This document shows, piece by piece, positions 1-11,600 of a stretch of DNA of 64,000 nt. The stretch's first letter is position 1. Each line of letters begins with the position of its first letter. The stretch is from Octopus sinensis. Taxonomy: Eukaryota. A model generated the notes under the pieces. It ran no database searches and was not told the DNA's origin. It saw only the letters and a program-made list of their open reading frames with translations. The stretch lies in NCBI RefSeq assembly GCF_006345805.1, contig NC_043002.1:40362001-40426000 (forward strand), read 5' to 3'. The translations under genes were made by a program, and so were the position numbers.

Positions 1-556
1 GAGCTAAGTATTCCAGTATTGTTTGAGCACACTTCTCACTGTCATTCTGATTCATGCAAATACTCTTAAAATTCAAACTACTTCATGTGTCTCACCTTTA
101 GAGTGCTGAATATTTTGCTCACTGCCTACCTTCAACTTGTTATGACTAAAAAACCTGATATTTTGTTTCCTGTCTAGCTTGCTCTTTTCCAATCCAGAAT
201 AACTAAGGATATATAAGCAGACATAAGATTACTGAAGTCATCCTTATAAATAGACAATCAGTACAAATAAATAGAAACCAGAAACTAGTTTTTGTCTGCA
301 TGTCTTCATAGCATACAGACTTGTTTGAACTTGCATGCTTTAGAAAAATAAATATCTTTGTAAAAGTTATTTTCACTTGAATATAACTCACACTACCATC
401 ATTGTGACAGATGTTGGTAATGTGTGTAACTGCATGTAGCAGACTCTTTCCTTTAGGAAGTTGATATTCAGATCTGAAGTTAATATTCTTTAAAAAAGTG
501 TTGAGTTAAAATAATTGGTAGCGAATTGGACAAAATATCTTGTAATAGTTGCCACA

Positions 557-740
557 AGGCAGCAAGCTAGCAGAATCATTGGCATACTGAACAAAATGCT
601 TAGTGGCATTTCATCACCAAGGTTGACTTTGCTTTTCATCATATTGGGATCAATAAAATAAATACCAATTGGACAGTGTGGCTGATTTAATAGACTTACC
701 CTTCCCCTGAAATGGTTGGCCTTGTTTCAAAATTTGAAAC
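557..740 (+). mobile_element. tRNA-derived SINE with a Deu/Nin-like domain (degenerate)
   Basis: Contains ttgactttgcttttcatc..gggatcaataaaataaatacc; the same consensus recurs at 44498-44712 (+), about 47925-48095 (+) and 61510-61725 (-). Confidence 0.6.
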
Positions 741-808
741 CAATATTTAATTGCCACACTTTTGAGTGTGGCAATTAAATATTGGTTTCAAATTTTGAAA
801 CAAGGCCA
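717..808. repeat. Perfect 44-bp inverted repeat with a 4-nt loop
   Basis: 717-760 is the exact reverse complement of 765-808; loop TTTG. Confidence 0.97.
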
Positions 809-1644
809 GCTGTCTGAGTTCAAATTCCACTAAGATCAGTTTTGTTTTTTATCCTTCCAGGGATGATAAAAGAAAGTATTGGGTTTGATATAACCAATTA
901 CACCATGCCCAGAAATTGGTGTCCTTGTGCATAGTTAAAAATCAATATTCTTGGAAAAGATATGAATGTCACAACTTCCTGTATGCCTTTCACTATAATT
1001 TATGCTTAATATCCTGTCATTTACTGTTTCTTCAGAAAACCTTTTGTATACAATAGTAAATAGAATGTGTAGATATAACCCATAGATCCAGAATAATCAA
1101 TTATCCTGTATTTGAGTCTGGTCTGGGACCACAGTGATATATTGTAGTTGGTTGAGTACAATGAGATTCTAAATCCCTTTCTTTTTACTGTCGTTAAGAG
1201 CAAGAAAGTGATCATCATCACCACTATCATTATCATCATCAAATTTAAATGAATTATGTGGTCCAGCCTGTGCTAGCATGGAAAATGGACGTTAAACGAT
1301 GATGATGATGAATGATTTCTCCTACCTGCAAGAGCTCATAACTTTGTAAATGAGAAGTTTAGTCAATTAAATGAAAACCACTTCACGTCTGGTGCTCAAT
1401 TTTATTGACCTTTGCACCTATGGGTTCAAGACAACTTTGGTTTAATTTTACTTCACAGATGTTTTAATTTTTTGCTTTTTCTTTAGATATCTTTAAATAT
1501 TTCTACATATAAAAATAATGTTCCTTTAAGTTCCTTAATAAGTTTTAATGTGTGATTGGTTTTAAAGTGTTCTGGTCTTAAATTTTTAACAGGGTTTATA
1601 ATACCATTAAAATGACTTTTAAAATGTATATATGTTTTTTAAAG

Positions 1645-1762
1645 GTTTGGAAAGAAGTGTCAACAAAATATCATTGAATGGATAAAAACCTGCAAAGAAA
1701 TAAAACATACTGATGCTATAGTTGATTTAGGCACTGGAAATGGATTCTTTCTGATAACTTTG
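1645..1762 (+). CDS. EEF1AKMT2: EEF1AKMT2 exon: (W)FGKKCQQNIIEWIKTCKEIKHTDAIVDLGTGNGFFLITL
   Basis: ttttttaaag acceptor, gtgaga donor; SAM-binding motif I. Confidence 0.92.
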
Positions 1763-4700
1763 GTGAGAAAAGTTTTAAATAATTATTCTATGTATTGTAT
1801 TTTCATGATGCATGTCTTCATTTTATTGACCCACACTCTTTGTATCATATACATTGCCTTGCATTTTATTTACTGTTTAGCATTTAAATTACCAAATCCA
1901 ACCTGTGTAAAGATAGTTCCATCTGTTCAAACTAGTCTGTTATGGGGAAAATCCTGAACACCCCCACATGACTGAAGGTGGACTAACCGATTACAATAAA
2001 TATGAACTGAGTGAACTGTCAGAGAGGATAGTTGATGGTGTTAGTTTGATTGTGTTGGTTAACCCTGTTAGTATGACGTGTTGGTTTAGCAGTTGGTAGT
2101 TGAATAGTGAATACTGAGTATCGTACCTATGTTTGTGTAGTACGGAGTGCAGTCTGTGTTAACATACATTTCTGCGATACTCTTTTATTTGTTTCAGTCA
2201 TTTGACTGTGGCCATGCTGGAGCACTGCCTTTAGTCGAGCAAATCGATCTTGGGACTTATTCTTTGTAAGCCCAGTACTTATTCTATCGGTCTCTTTTGC
2301 CGAACTGCTAAGTGACAGTGACGTAAACACACCAGCATCGGTTGTCAAGCAATGCTAGGGGGACAAGCACAGACACACACACACACACATATATATATAT
2401 ACATATATACAACGGGCTTCTTTGAGTTTCCGTCTACCAAATCCACTCACAAGGCTTTGGTTGGCCTGAGGCTATAGTAGAAGACACTTGCCCAAGATGC
2501 CATGCAGTGGGACTGAACCCGGAACCATGTGGTTGGTAAGCAAGCTACTTACCACACAGCCACTCCTGTGCCTATAGCCACTCCATTTATTTGCATAATA
2601 GCATTTTACACCAGACGTATATATCTATGTCATAACATAGCTACACTCAACTACATTGATATAGTAGCTCTACTGGATGGACCTATTTCTACCATAACAC
2701 AAAGATTCTTGGTGTTTTTAGTCTTAAGTTTCTATCACACTTGTATGACTATTTTTGTGTTGGTGGCTTAATAAAAATGCAATGAGTTCGTTCTAAAAAT
2801 CGTTTGGTGAAAGCAACAACATGTACTATATGTGTTCCCACTGTACGGCTGTCTGTCTGCTAATATTGTTGATGGACATACAGCATGTCACTGGCATTTC
2901 AGATATAAAGTCCAGGATTATGTGAAAAAGTATGAAGACTGTCGATTGACTTTTGTCCATAAAAGTATTTAAAAATTTTAGTGGTTATTATAAAGAGAAA
3001 TGAATAGTAGATTTGGATTGTCTGTATTTTAAAACCACGAATTATGAAAAATGTGGCGGGGAAGAATTTGGAAAAAAAATTTTTTTTTTTTTTTTTGCAT
3101 AATCACATCAATTCCATTATACAGAAGACAGAGTTGAAAAAATTTTGTAAAAATTCATAAAAATAAAAAGGGTAATGAGGGGTTTTAGCACACGCTTACA
3201 TCATAATCCCGCCGAGTTTTGCTTCCACTAGCGAAAGCTACATGTATCTTTCAGAAAGCTCCATACCAGTTTAACTTTATGTGGCATTCACTGTTAGTTT
3301 ATGCACAGGCTATGTGAGAAGACAGAATAAAGGGGTTTTTGTTAGCTTATCTCTCTGAAAAAATGGCTCCTTTTGCTGTTGAGTGAAATAAACTCACAGA
3401 GAAGTTTCAATGTCTTCCTTCAATTTCCGTACATCATTTATGAGGCTGTTTCTGATAAAAAATGTCACTTTCATGTAAAACAACTATATTTTGTAGTCAT
3501 TACCTGTAATCTACTCCCAAAACACTTCAGTAGCTCTACTTTGCATCGCTTGCAAACTTATATGTTCTATGATCATTAAAGTCCAATGACATCCACTATA
3601 ACTACCCTTCAATTTGATTTTCCATTCCTAGGTTAATCAGAAACATAGATTGCTATGCTACTCAAACCTAGGTAGTTCAATTATTTGATGGAAAAAATAC
3701 CACCAAAGCAACTTAAACTGTCCAAAGGACAGTTGCTTTTGCTAGTATATAGATATGTAGTGAATCTTGCATGCATGAAGTGGATTTGATCCACCATAGC
3801 CAAATTTAAATTGACACTGCTACAGAACTTTTCCCACAGTGAAACAATGGTTTTCCTCTGACAGCAGTTTTACATTTTCCAGATGCCTTTAGCCAGGCCG
3901 AAATAATGTTTTCACTACTTGACCCTTTCTAACCTCTTCTATTTCACCAAAAGCTAGCATAGAGATAACAAGACCACCAACTAAATCTATTGTTCTCAAT
4001 GATATATCTATCCTTCTGGATCTTTATATAAGCAAGCACACCCCAAGCAAAAGTCAGTTTGTCACAGTCGTGACAACTCAACGGAGATAGTGACCGTTCG
4101 GTGACAAACTCAGTGAGAACGTAGTCTGGCTGGCCAGCTAGAACCTTGGTCAGAGGGAGAAATGAAGTTTACCGTCAGCAACGTCCCACACCCTACAATT
4201 CTCACTAGCTCTAATTCTGTTCTCTTACAACATCATTCTATCTGACTCCATAATTACTACTACTAAACAATGAAGAGGACACAAACACAAACTTTACTTC
4301 ACATACTTTTGGATGTATCAAAACCTGCCCGTCGAGGCAAGGTATTTGTAACGTAATGGTAAATAATCACTTCGATAAAACTTCATGCATTGTTCATCTT
4401 TCACATTTTACATGTGATTATAACAACTTTTTATTGTCACAACTGTTGACCCTGACATCATAATAATAATATTTACTAATCCATATCTCCCGTTACAATT
4501 GGTGACTCCGACAAATTCATAATATTGTTTACAAAGTTTTACCGTTACATTTGGTGTCCCTCGACTTCAACAAAACAAATCAATTCTTCTACTGTTACAA
4601 TTGGTGACCCCGTGAAAAAGATTTCTGAAACTGCATTACCAACAGTCACAATTGTCGACCCGAGCGAAAGAATCGATGCCTTCTGAAGCTGCATTACCAA

Positions 4701-7664
4701 CAACTTGGTGAACCCATGTAAAGAGAATTACTACCTTCCGATGCTACTTGCCGCTGCATTTTTACTGATTCGAACTAAAGAACTAGAATATCTACAGTCG
4801 CTAAACCAAAGAAAAACGAATGACAACCTTCGTCACCACCAAGATGCAACACTGCTGACGCACAAGGTATCTGCCGACCATAAAAGCCTATAAGCGCAAC
4901 ATTTCAACAGCTTCATGCCCAGAAATACGGAAGAAAATACGGAAGCCCACACAAGCAACCTTTCTGGCACACACACGCTTTTCGTCTTGTCCCGACGTAC
5001 AAACCCTGCATTGTCTATGAACTTTTGCATGTACATAAGACTCTCACATAGACATTCAACAACGATTTTTACTTGCATGCACATATTCTTTTCACTTTCA
5101 GCTGTAGACTTTTAACAAAGGATACTATTTTCAGTTAGGTTTGTTATTTTTGCTTATTTTATTGTTCTTTTTGCACTGTACACTAACATTTGTTTATGAG
5201 TCACACATTCCACGATGCACACATTCAGTGATGCACACTTTCCGCGATGCACACATTCCGCGATGCACAAATTCTGCGATGACTCGTTTCACTAAAACAG
5301 CTAAATTCGTGTGTATATCTTTTTTAATGTTCTTTATCATTATTCATATTTTGCATGTACTTTTTTTCGTTCACTTTGCAAACGTTTGTATTGTTGCATA
5401 CACACACGCTTGTACCTTTCCTCAGTGCCTGGCCTTGTGCACGTATCTGCACACATAAATGCTATCTCTGTCACATTCATGCACCATACATGCCTCTCTC
5501 ACTTGTTTTCCATACTCAATGCACCCTTGTAGACACAACTCATCTCTGTAAGACCCTAGGTTGGTCATGCAAACATAGAGAAAGTTGCTTGGTTCTTAGT
5601 CTTCATAAATGACTTGCCCGACGACCTCACGCAACACACCCTTCTATTTGCCGACGATATCAAACTGGTCGCTCCTCGCGGTGATATAGAGGATTTTCGT
5701 CGATGCCTCCACCAAATTTGGAAGTGGTCTAACGAATGGGACCTGTGTCTGAACGTGTCAAAGTGCTGTCATCTGCCTGTTGGCTCTCCTCCTGCAACTC
5801 AACTTGATTTCGAGCCGGGTCGTCTGCTGCTGGAGAGGACTGATCAGGTAAAGGACCTGGGTATCTTGGTGGATTCCTCCTTTTCGCTTTCGGCCCAGTG
5901 CGTCCATGCTGCCAACAAAGCACGCGGAATTCTGTTCTTGATTCGACAGTCATTCGGAATGCTCACAGCAGCCATATTCCTACCAGTCTATGTCACGCTG
6001 GTGAGACCCATATTGGAGTACGGGATTCAAGCCTCTTCTCCTTATCTCCTCAAAGACATACAGCATCTCGAAAGAGTCCAGAAGCTGGCTACCCGCATGG
6101 TTCATGGTCTCAGAAATTTGTCCTATGAAGAAAGGCTGAGGACGCTCGACCTTTATTCTCTTGAAAAACGCCGCCGCCGTGGTGATCTCATTCTCGCCCA
6201 CAACATCATAAGCGGAAAGTGTAACCTCTCGAAAGAGCTGTTCTTCACTCCTGCTCCAGAGCGTCGGCTGCGGGGTCATTCCGAAAAGCTCTACCTGCGA
6301 CGATTTCATCTCAATCGAAGGAGAGGAGCTTTCTCCGTCCGGGTTGCGGATCCGTCGCACAAGCTGCCAGATGAGATGGTGAAGATGCCGACGACCACTT
6401 TGTTCAAAGCCTCCCTTAACCTCAAGTGGCCTGAACTCTTTACAAGAACACCACCCTGTACTTAACTCCATGTCCCCCTACATGGCCTTGCTATTTGCTT
6501 TTGAGCCAAATTAACTAACTAACTAACTAACGATGCGTCAGCATGCCACACTTTTGTTCCTGCACGATCGAGGCATATAATACCTCATGCACCGGCTGGC
6601 AGCCTCAGCCTTACTGCATTGATCACTGGCATATTCAATACTGTACACAGTATTTGTAATCAATGCACTAGCATTAGCCTTGGCCTTGTAAGCTCTATTG
6701 TACACAAGCACATGCACCTCTGTTATGCACATCTACTCCTTTGTTTTGCAATATGTCTGCGTCAGCTCAATTCTTCTCACGACTCGAAGCACGTCGGATG
6801 ATCACATGCTCTGCGCTCATGTTTAGACATAATTTCACCCTGTTAGACCCCCGTTTGGTCAAGTAATTAACAGAGAAAATGACCTGTCTCGCGCATCACT
6901 CCAGCATGCTACACTGTTGTCCTTGCTAACTCAGCAATTAACCACAACAACAGCACCAGACGCATTTCACTGCTCAAAAACATTCCAAGGCATTTACCAT
7001 GCGTTTCTTTGTTTCCTTCAATTGTTCGTTTCTTTACCAGAACGCTCACTGGCAAGAGGAGTGTGTGTAGTGAATCTTGCATGCATGAAGTGGATTCGAT
7101 CCACCATAGCCAAATTTAAATTAACACTGCTACAGAACATTTCCCACGGTGGAACAATGGTTTTTTTCTCTGACAACAGTTTTACATTTTCCAGATGCCT
7201 TTAGCTAGGCTGAAATAATGTTTTCACTACTTGACTCTTTCTAACCTCTTCTATTTCACCAAAAGCTAGCATAGGGATAACAAGACCACTAACTAAATCT
7301 ATTGTTCTCAATGATATATCTATCCTTCTGGATCTTTATATAAGCAAGCATACCCCAAGCAAAAATCAGTTAGTCACTTGTTGACAACTGAACGAGGCAG
7401 CTCGTGATGACTCAATTAGTTAAGGAAAGGACTGCTAGAATATAATAGTCAGCAAGAGAAATGAAAATTCCTGTCAGCAGTTGTGAGACAACACCACAGA
7501 ATTCTCTATAGCTCTAATTCTGTCCCTTACAATGTCATTCTATCTGTCTCAGCAATTACTACTAAACAATGAAGAGACCTCAAACTTTACTTCGCATGCT
7601 TTTGGATTTATCATAACCTGCCTGTTATAATTGGTGACTCTCGACTTCAACTAAAAACTTTATC

Positions 7665-7711
<47 letters not shown>

Positions 7712-8606
7712 TCATCATCATCATCATCATCGTTTAGCGTCCGTTTTCCATGCTAGCATGGGTTGGACGGGTCAACTGGGGTCTGTGAAGCTGGAAGGCT
7801 TCGTCAGGCCCAGTCAGATCTGGCAGTGTTTCTACGGCTGGATGCCCTTCCTAACGCCTTCCTAACTATATATATATAGCTGACTACAGGCAAGTAATGT
7901 GACACCATGAAACTTGCCCAACCCATGCCAGCATGAAAATAAAAAATTTTATAGAAAGATGTTGATGATAATGATGATACCTACTTAAACACCTTTGGTA
8001 TAATGAACCCTAAAAATGTAATGTTAACATAGACTAATTGAAGCAAATGAGCATGGTTCAGTTTACTGGTTAGGACTGTTAGATAATGCATTTGGTTGTG
8101 CACTGTACTCTTATGTAAAAAACATCGTGGTTATCTGAACAAAAATAGATATTCTTATTTCACTATTGAGTATTACAATACTATTAAAGGCATTAAATTT
8201 TAAAACACTTCCCTTTACTTCTTCTGGAAGCCCCATATATTTGATATGGAGCCTTGCATGCCACAATGAAGGTCACTCTTCTATGAGAGCTGTAACTGAA
8301 TAAAACCTGATTCTAGGTAGAGGGGATTCTGTAGGCCTGGTAGGCACTTCTAGGGTTAAAAGTACCATAAAACATAACTAGTGTATACAGTAAAGTGGCT
8401 AACAAAAAGGCATCCAATGAAAAAAAAAATGCACATAGGCACAGGAGTGGCTGTGTGGTAAGTAGCTTGCTTACCAACCACATGGTTCTGGGTTTAGTCC
8501 CACTGCATGGCACCTTGGGTAAGTGTGTTCTGCTATAGCTTTGGGCTGACCAAAGCCTTGTGAGTGGATTTGGTAGACGGAAACTGAAAGAAGCCTGTCG
8601 TCTATG

Positions 8607-8695
<89 letters not shown>

Positions 8696-11600
8696 ATGTA
8701 TGTGTTTGTCACCCCAACGTCGCTTGACAACTGATGCTGGTGTGTTTATGTCCCCATAACTTGGCCATTCAGCAAAAGAGACTAATAGAATAAGTACAAG
8801 GCTTACAAAGAATAAGTTCTGGGGTCAATTTGCTCAACTAAAGGCGGTGCTTGAGCATGGACGCACTCAAATGACTGAAACAAGTAAAAAAATAAGAATA
8901 TACAAAGATTGGTTATTTTCTCTGTTGTGTTAGATGACAAAAGACAGTGGCAAGAGTGAAATATTATGCTGGAATTGTCCTATCTAACCCATACCAGCAA
9001 GCAAACATTGCAAAATGACAATAATGAAAATAGCATCAAAGAGATACATTGCCTTTTAAAATTTTTTTTTAAAGTCTTAAGTAAATATCGACACTTTAAA
9101 GGGTGAGGAATGTTCTACTATGAAGAATGGCTCTTGTGTTTGTGATAACGCATTTTGGTCATAGGTGTAGTAGATACATGAGGAAGCTAAACACCTGATT
9201 GATAAATATTTGATACTTCGTTGTCATGTATATTTATTCTGTGTTTCCTCAAATACTACAAGAAACTTTGCTTTTTGAAACCTGCCAGCTGCAGTCTTTG
9301 ATTGGAACCTACCCATTGCACCTTGAAAATTATTTATGATCTTGGTCTGATTCAGGCATGGTCAACCCCCGCCCCCCACTACCCCCCAGCCTTTTTTTAT
9401 TTTGAGAAGCAAGCTGCATGAGATATGGCTTAACATTAGACATGCCATTCAAAAAGTCCTGTGGACAGTTGTTTGCTCATGACTGGTCTAATTTATCAAC
9501 TATACAACTTCCACAAAAATAATACATAAAAAAAAGTTAAGGTATTTAAAAAGACCTCCCCAGATTGCTAAAGTAAAATTTCAGCTGTTGGTCTTTGTTG
9601 CTATTAATCAAGTTATACAGTGAGAACTAAAAATGATAGCATGTAATTTACTAATGAGAGTGAAAACAAGCTGACCATTTACTCTTTTCATCTTTATTAA
9701 CAGGCTGAGCAGGGGTTTTCATGTCTCACTGGCTTGGACTATTCTGAAAATGCTGTAAATTTTGCCAAAGCAGTTGCTAAAAACAAAAATATTAACCATA
9801 TTACTTTTGAGGTAAGAACATTTTTCATGTAAAATTAATGTGGTAGCACTGTCATGTCTTTCTTGTATGTCACTAATTATCAACCGGGTTCAATAATTTT
9901 CTTTTAATTAAATTTTATTCAAACTAACACTATTTCTTGGCTACATTATATATGCTATCAGTTGAATGACGAATTACTGTTTCTCACAAATTTAATACAA
10001 AAAAAATACAGCTTACAGAATATATTATAAATTCTTAAAATTACAAAAAAACAGAATTACAGGTCTTCATGGCAGTGAATGCAGACAACATTGGAATGTT
10101 CTTGGCAAACATGGATATTACAACTCTTACATGTAGTACTGGTTTTCCTGTCTTTTTTTTAGAGTGGGGGGGGGGGCACACAAAGAACATCTTCCTTTTT
10201 TCTTTGGTTGAGGAGAATCTCAAATGAGGTTAAAGATCGTCTTCTTTTCTTGTTTGGTTGACAAATGTTAGCAGAACTAGAAGATTGTTTGTCATGTTCT
10301 TGTTCAGCATTAACTCCAGCAAGTTCCTTTCCTAACTGAATTAGGCACTGTCTTCTTTTATCCTTGAAACTTTGCAAGTGAAGCTGTTTAGCAACAATGA
10401 AAGCATTCACTGCACTTATATCAATCATATTGTAGAATATAACCATAGGCCATCTTTGAGTCATTCTTTTGCAAGTGTATGTCCTTACCATCTTCTCTGG
10501 GGTATCTATTCCTCCTTTTGTTTTGTTGTAACATGTAATAACTTCAGGCTTCTTTTCAGCACTTTTTGAATCAATTGAAGGCTGAGAGTGCATTGTACTC
10601 ATAAGTGTGACAGCATAATTTTTCTTGGGACAATAAGACAGGATCTTAGAATCCTTTTGAAATCCAAATATTGTGCTGTTGATTTCTCTTTCTTTTCCAT
10701 TTGTGAAAGCACTTGGAAGTTCAACTCTGTTCTTTCTAATTGTTCCAACTAAAGTAGTTTTCTTGCTAAGCAGCTTTCAAGCCAATCTTAGACTTGTAAA
10801 AAAAAATTATCACAAGTTGAATTGCAACCAGTATTTGGTTACTAGAAAAAAAAAAATCTATTTAATCTAGGCAGAAATTAATGTGATGCTGTTCATATAA
10901 GATTGATAGTTCTTTCTTAACTGTGGCAAATGGCTAAAACATAATTATGTTCTTAAATTTTGACAGGTTGCAGATTTATTGGAAAAGGACTGTAATGCAA
11001 TTAGCCTTCAAAAGAAATATCAAGTATGCCATGATAAAGGTACATTTGATGCTATTTCTTTGATGCCAGGACAATTTGAGCATTTTAAAAATGCTTATGT
11101 TGCAGCAGTAGGACAAATTTTGGTAGACTCAGGCATTTTTATTATAACTTCATGTAACTGGACTGAAAAACAGCTGCTAGAACATTTTAAAGGAGGTATG
11201 TATTTATTATGCAATTAGTGATCTTTTCTTTATGTTCATTTCCCCCCAACTTGTTTGAAATACTATTAGTCTATAGATAGTGGTCTGTGGTATGTGTTGT
11301 GACCATCTAAACGACTCATATCAGAAGGCTGAAATAATACATATAATGTGTCAGTTGGAAAAGAGAGATGCAACTGAATGGAAGGTTTGGAGAACATTTA
11401 TTCATATATTTACATGCATCTGAGTGGGTTGCATGTTTGCTGTTAACCATGGTGAGGTAGCTCACGGACAGCGCTATGCTATAACCTGTACAGCAATGCT
11501 GTTTATGATGTTGGTGAGAGCCATGATGGAGGTTGCTGTAATGTTGTTGGACATGTGTTGTCTGGTGTCATCGCTGGAACTGGCTGTGTTGTGTGGTCAG

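Larger units (their letters stand above)
3756..7645 (+). mobile_element. Non-autonomous LTR retroelement (LARD/TRIM-like): LTR1 from 3756, LTR2 7066-7629, no gag/pol
   Basis: Both repeats start TGTAGTGAAT and are about 95% identical by eye over the first 300 bp. They contain a TATA box (tttatataagc). A purine tract (aagaggag) precedes LTR2, and tRNA-Trp-type PBS motifs follow. Confidence 0.72.

Noticed and set aside
411-416. Possible 6-nt micro-exon (cag ATGTTG gtaatg) for EEF1AKMT2
   Set aside because: No recognisable match to the expected upstream exon (..ELxxF..xGDxGExW) and cannot be supported; upstream exons are presumed outside the window.
2770-3240. Moderately CpG-rich block ending near CTAG
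   Set aside because: No convincing TIR, hairpin, TSD or coding relic; cannot be classified without a repeat search.
4436-4720. Repeat/spacer pattern as a true CRISPR array
   Set aside because: Eukaryotic intronic context, degenerate repeats, no cas genes; the repeat is explained by LTR end plus tRNA-Trp PBS.
5980-6471. 163-aa minus-strand ORF
   Set aside because: Antisense shadow of the LINE RT ORF.
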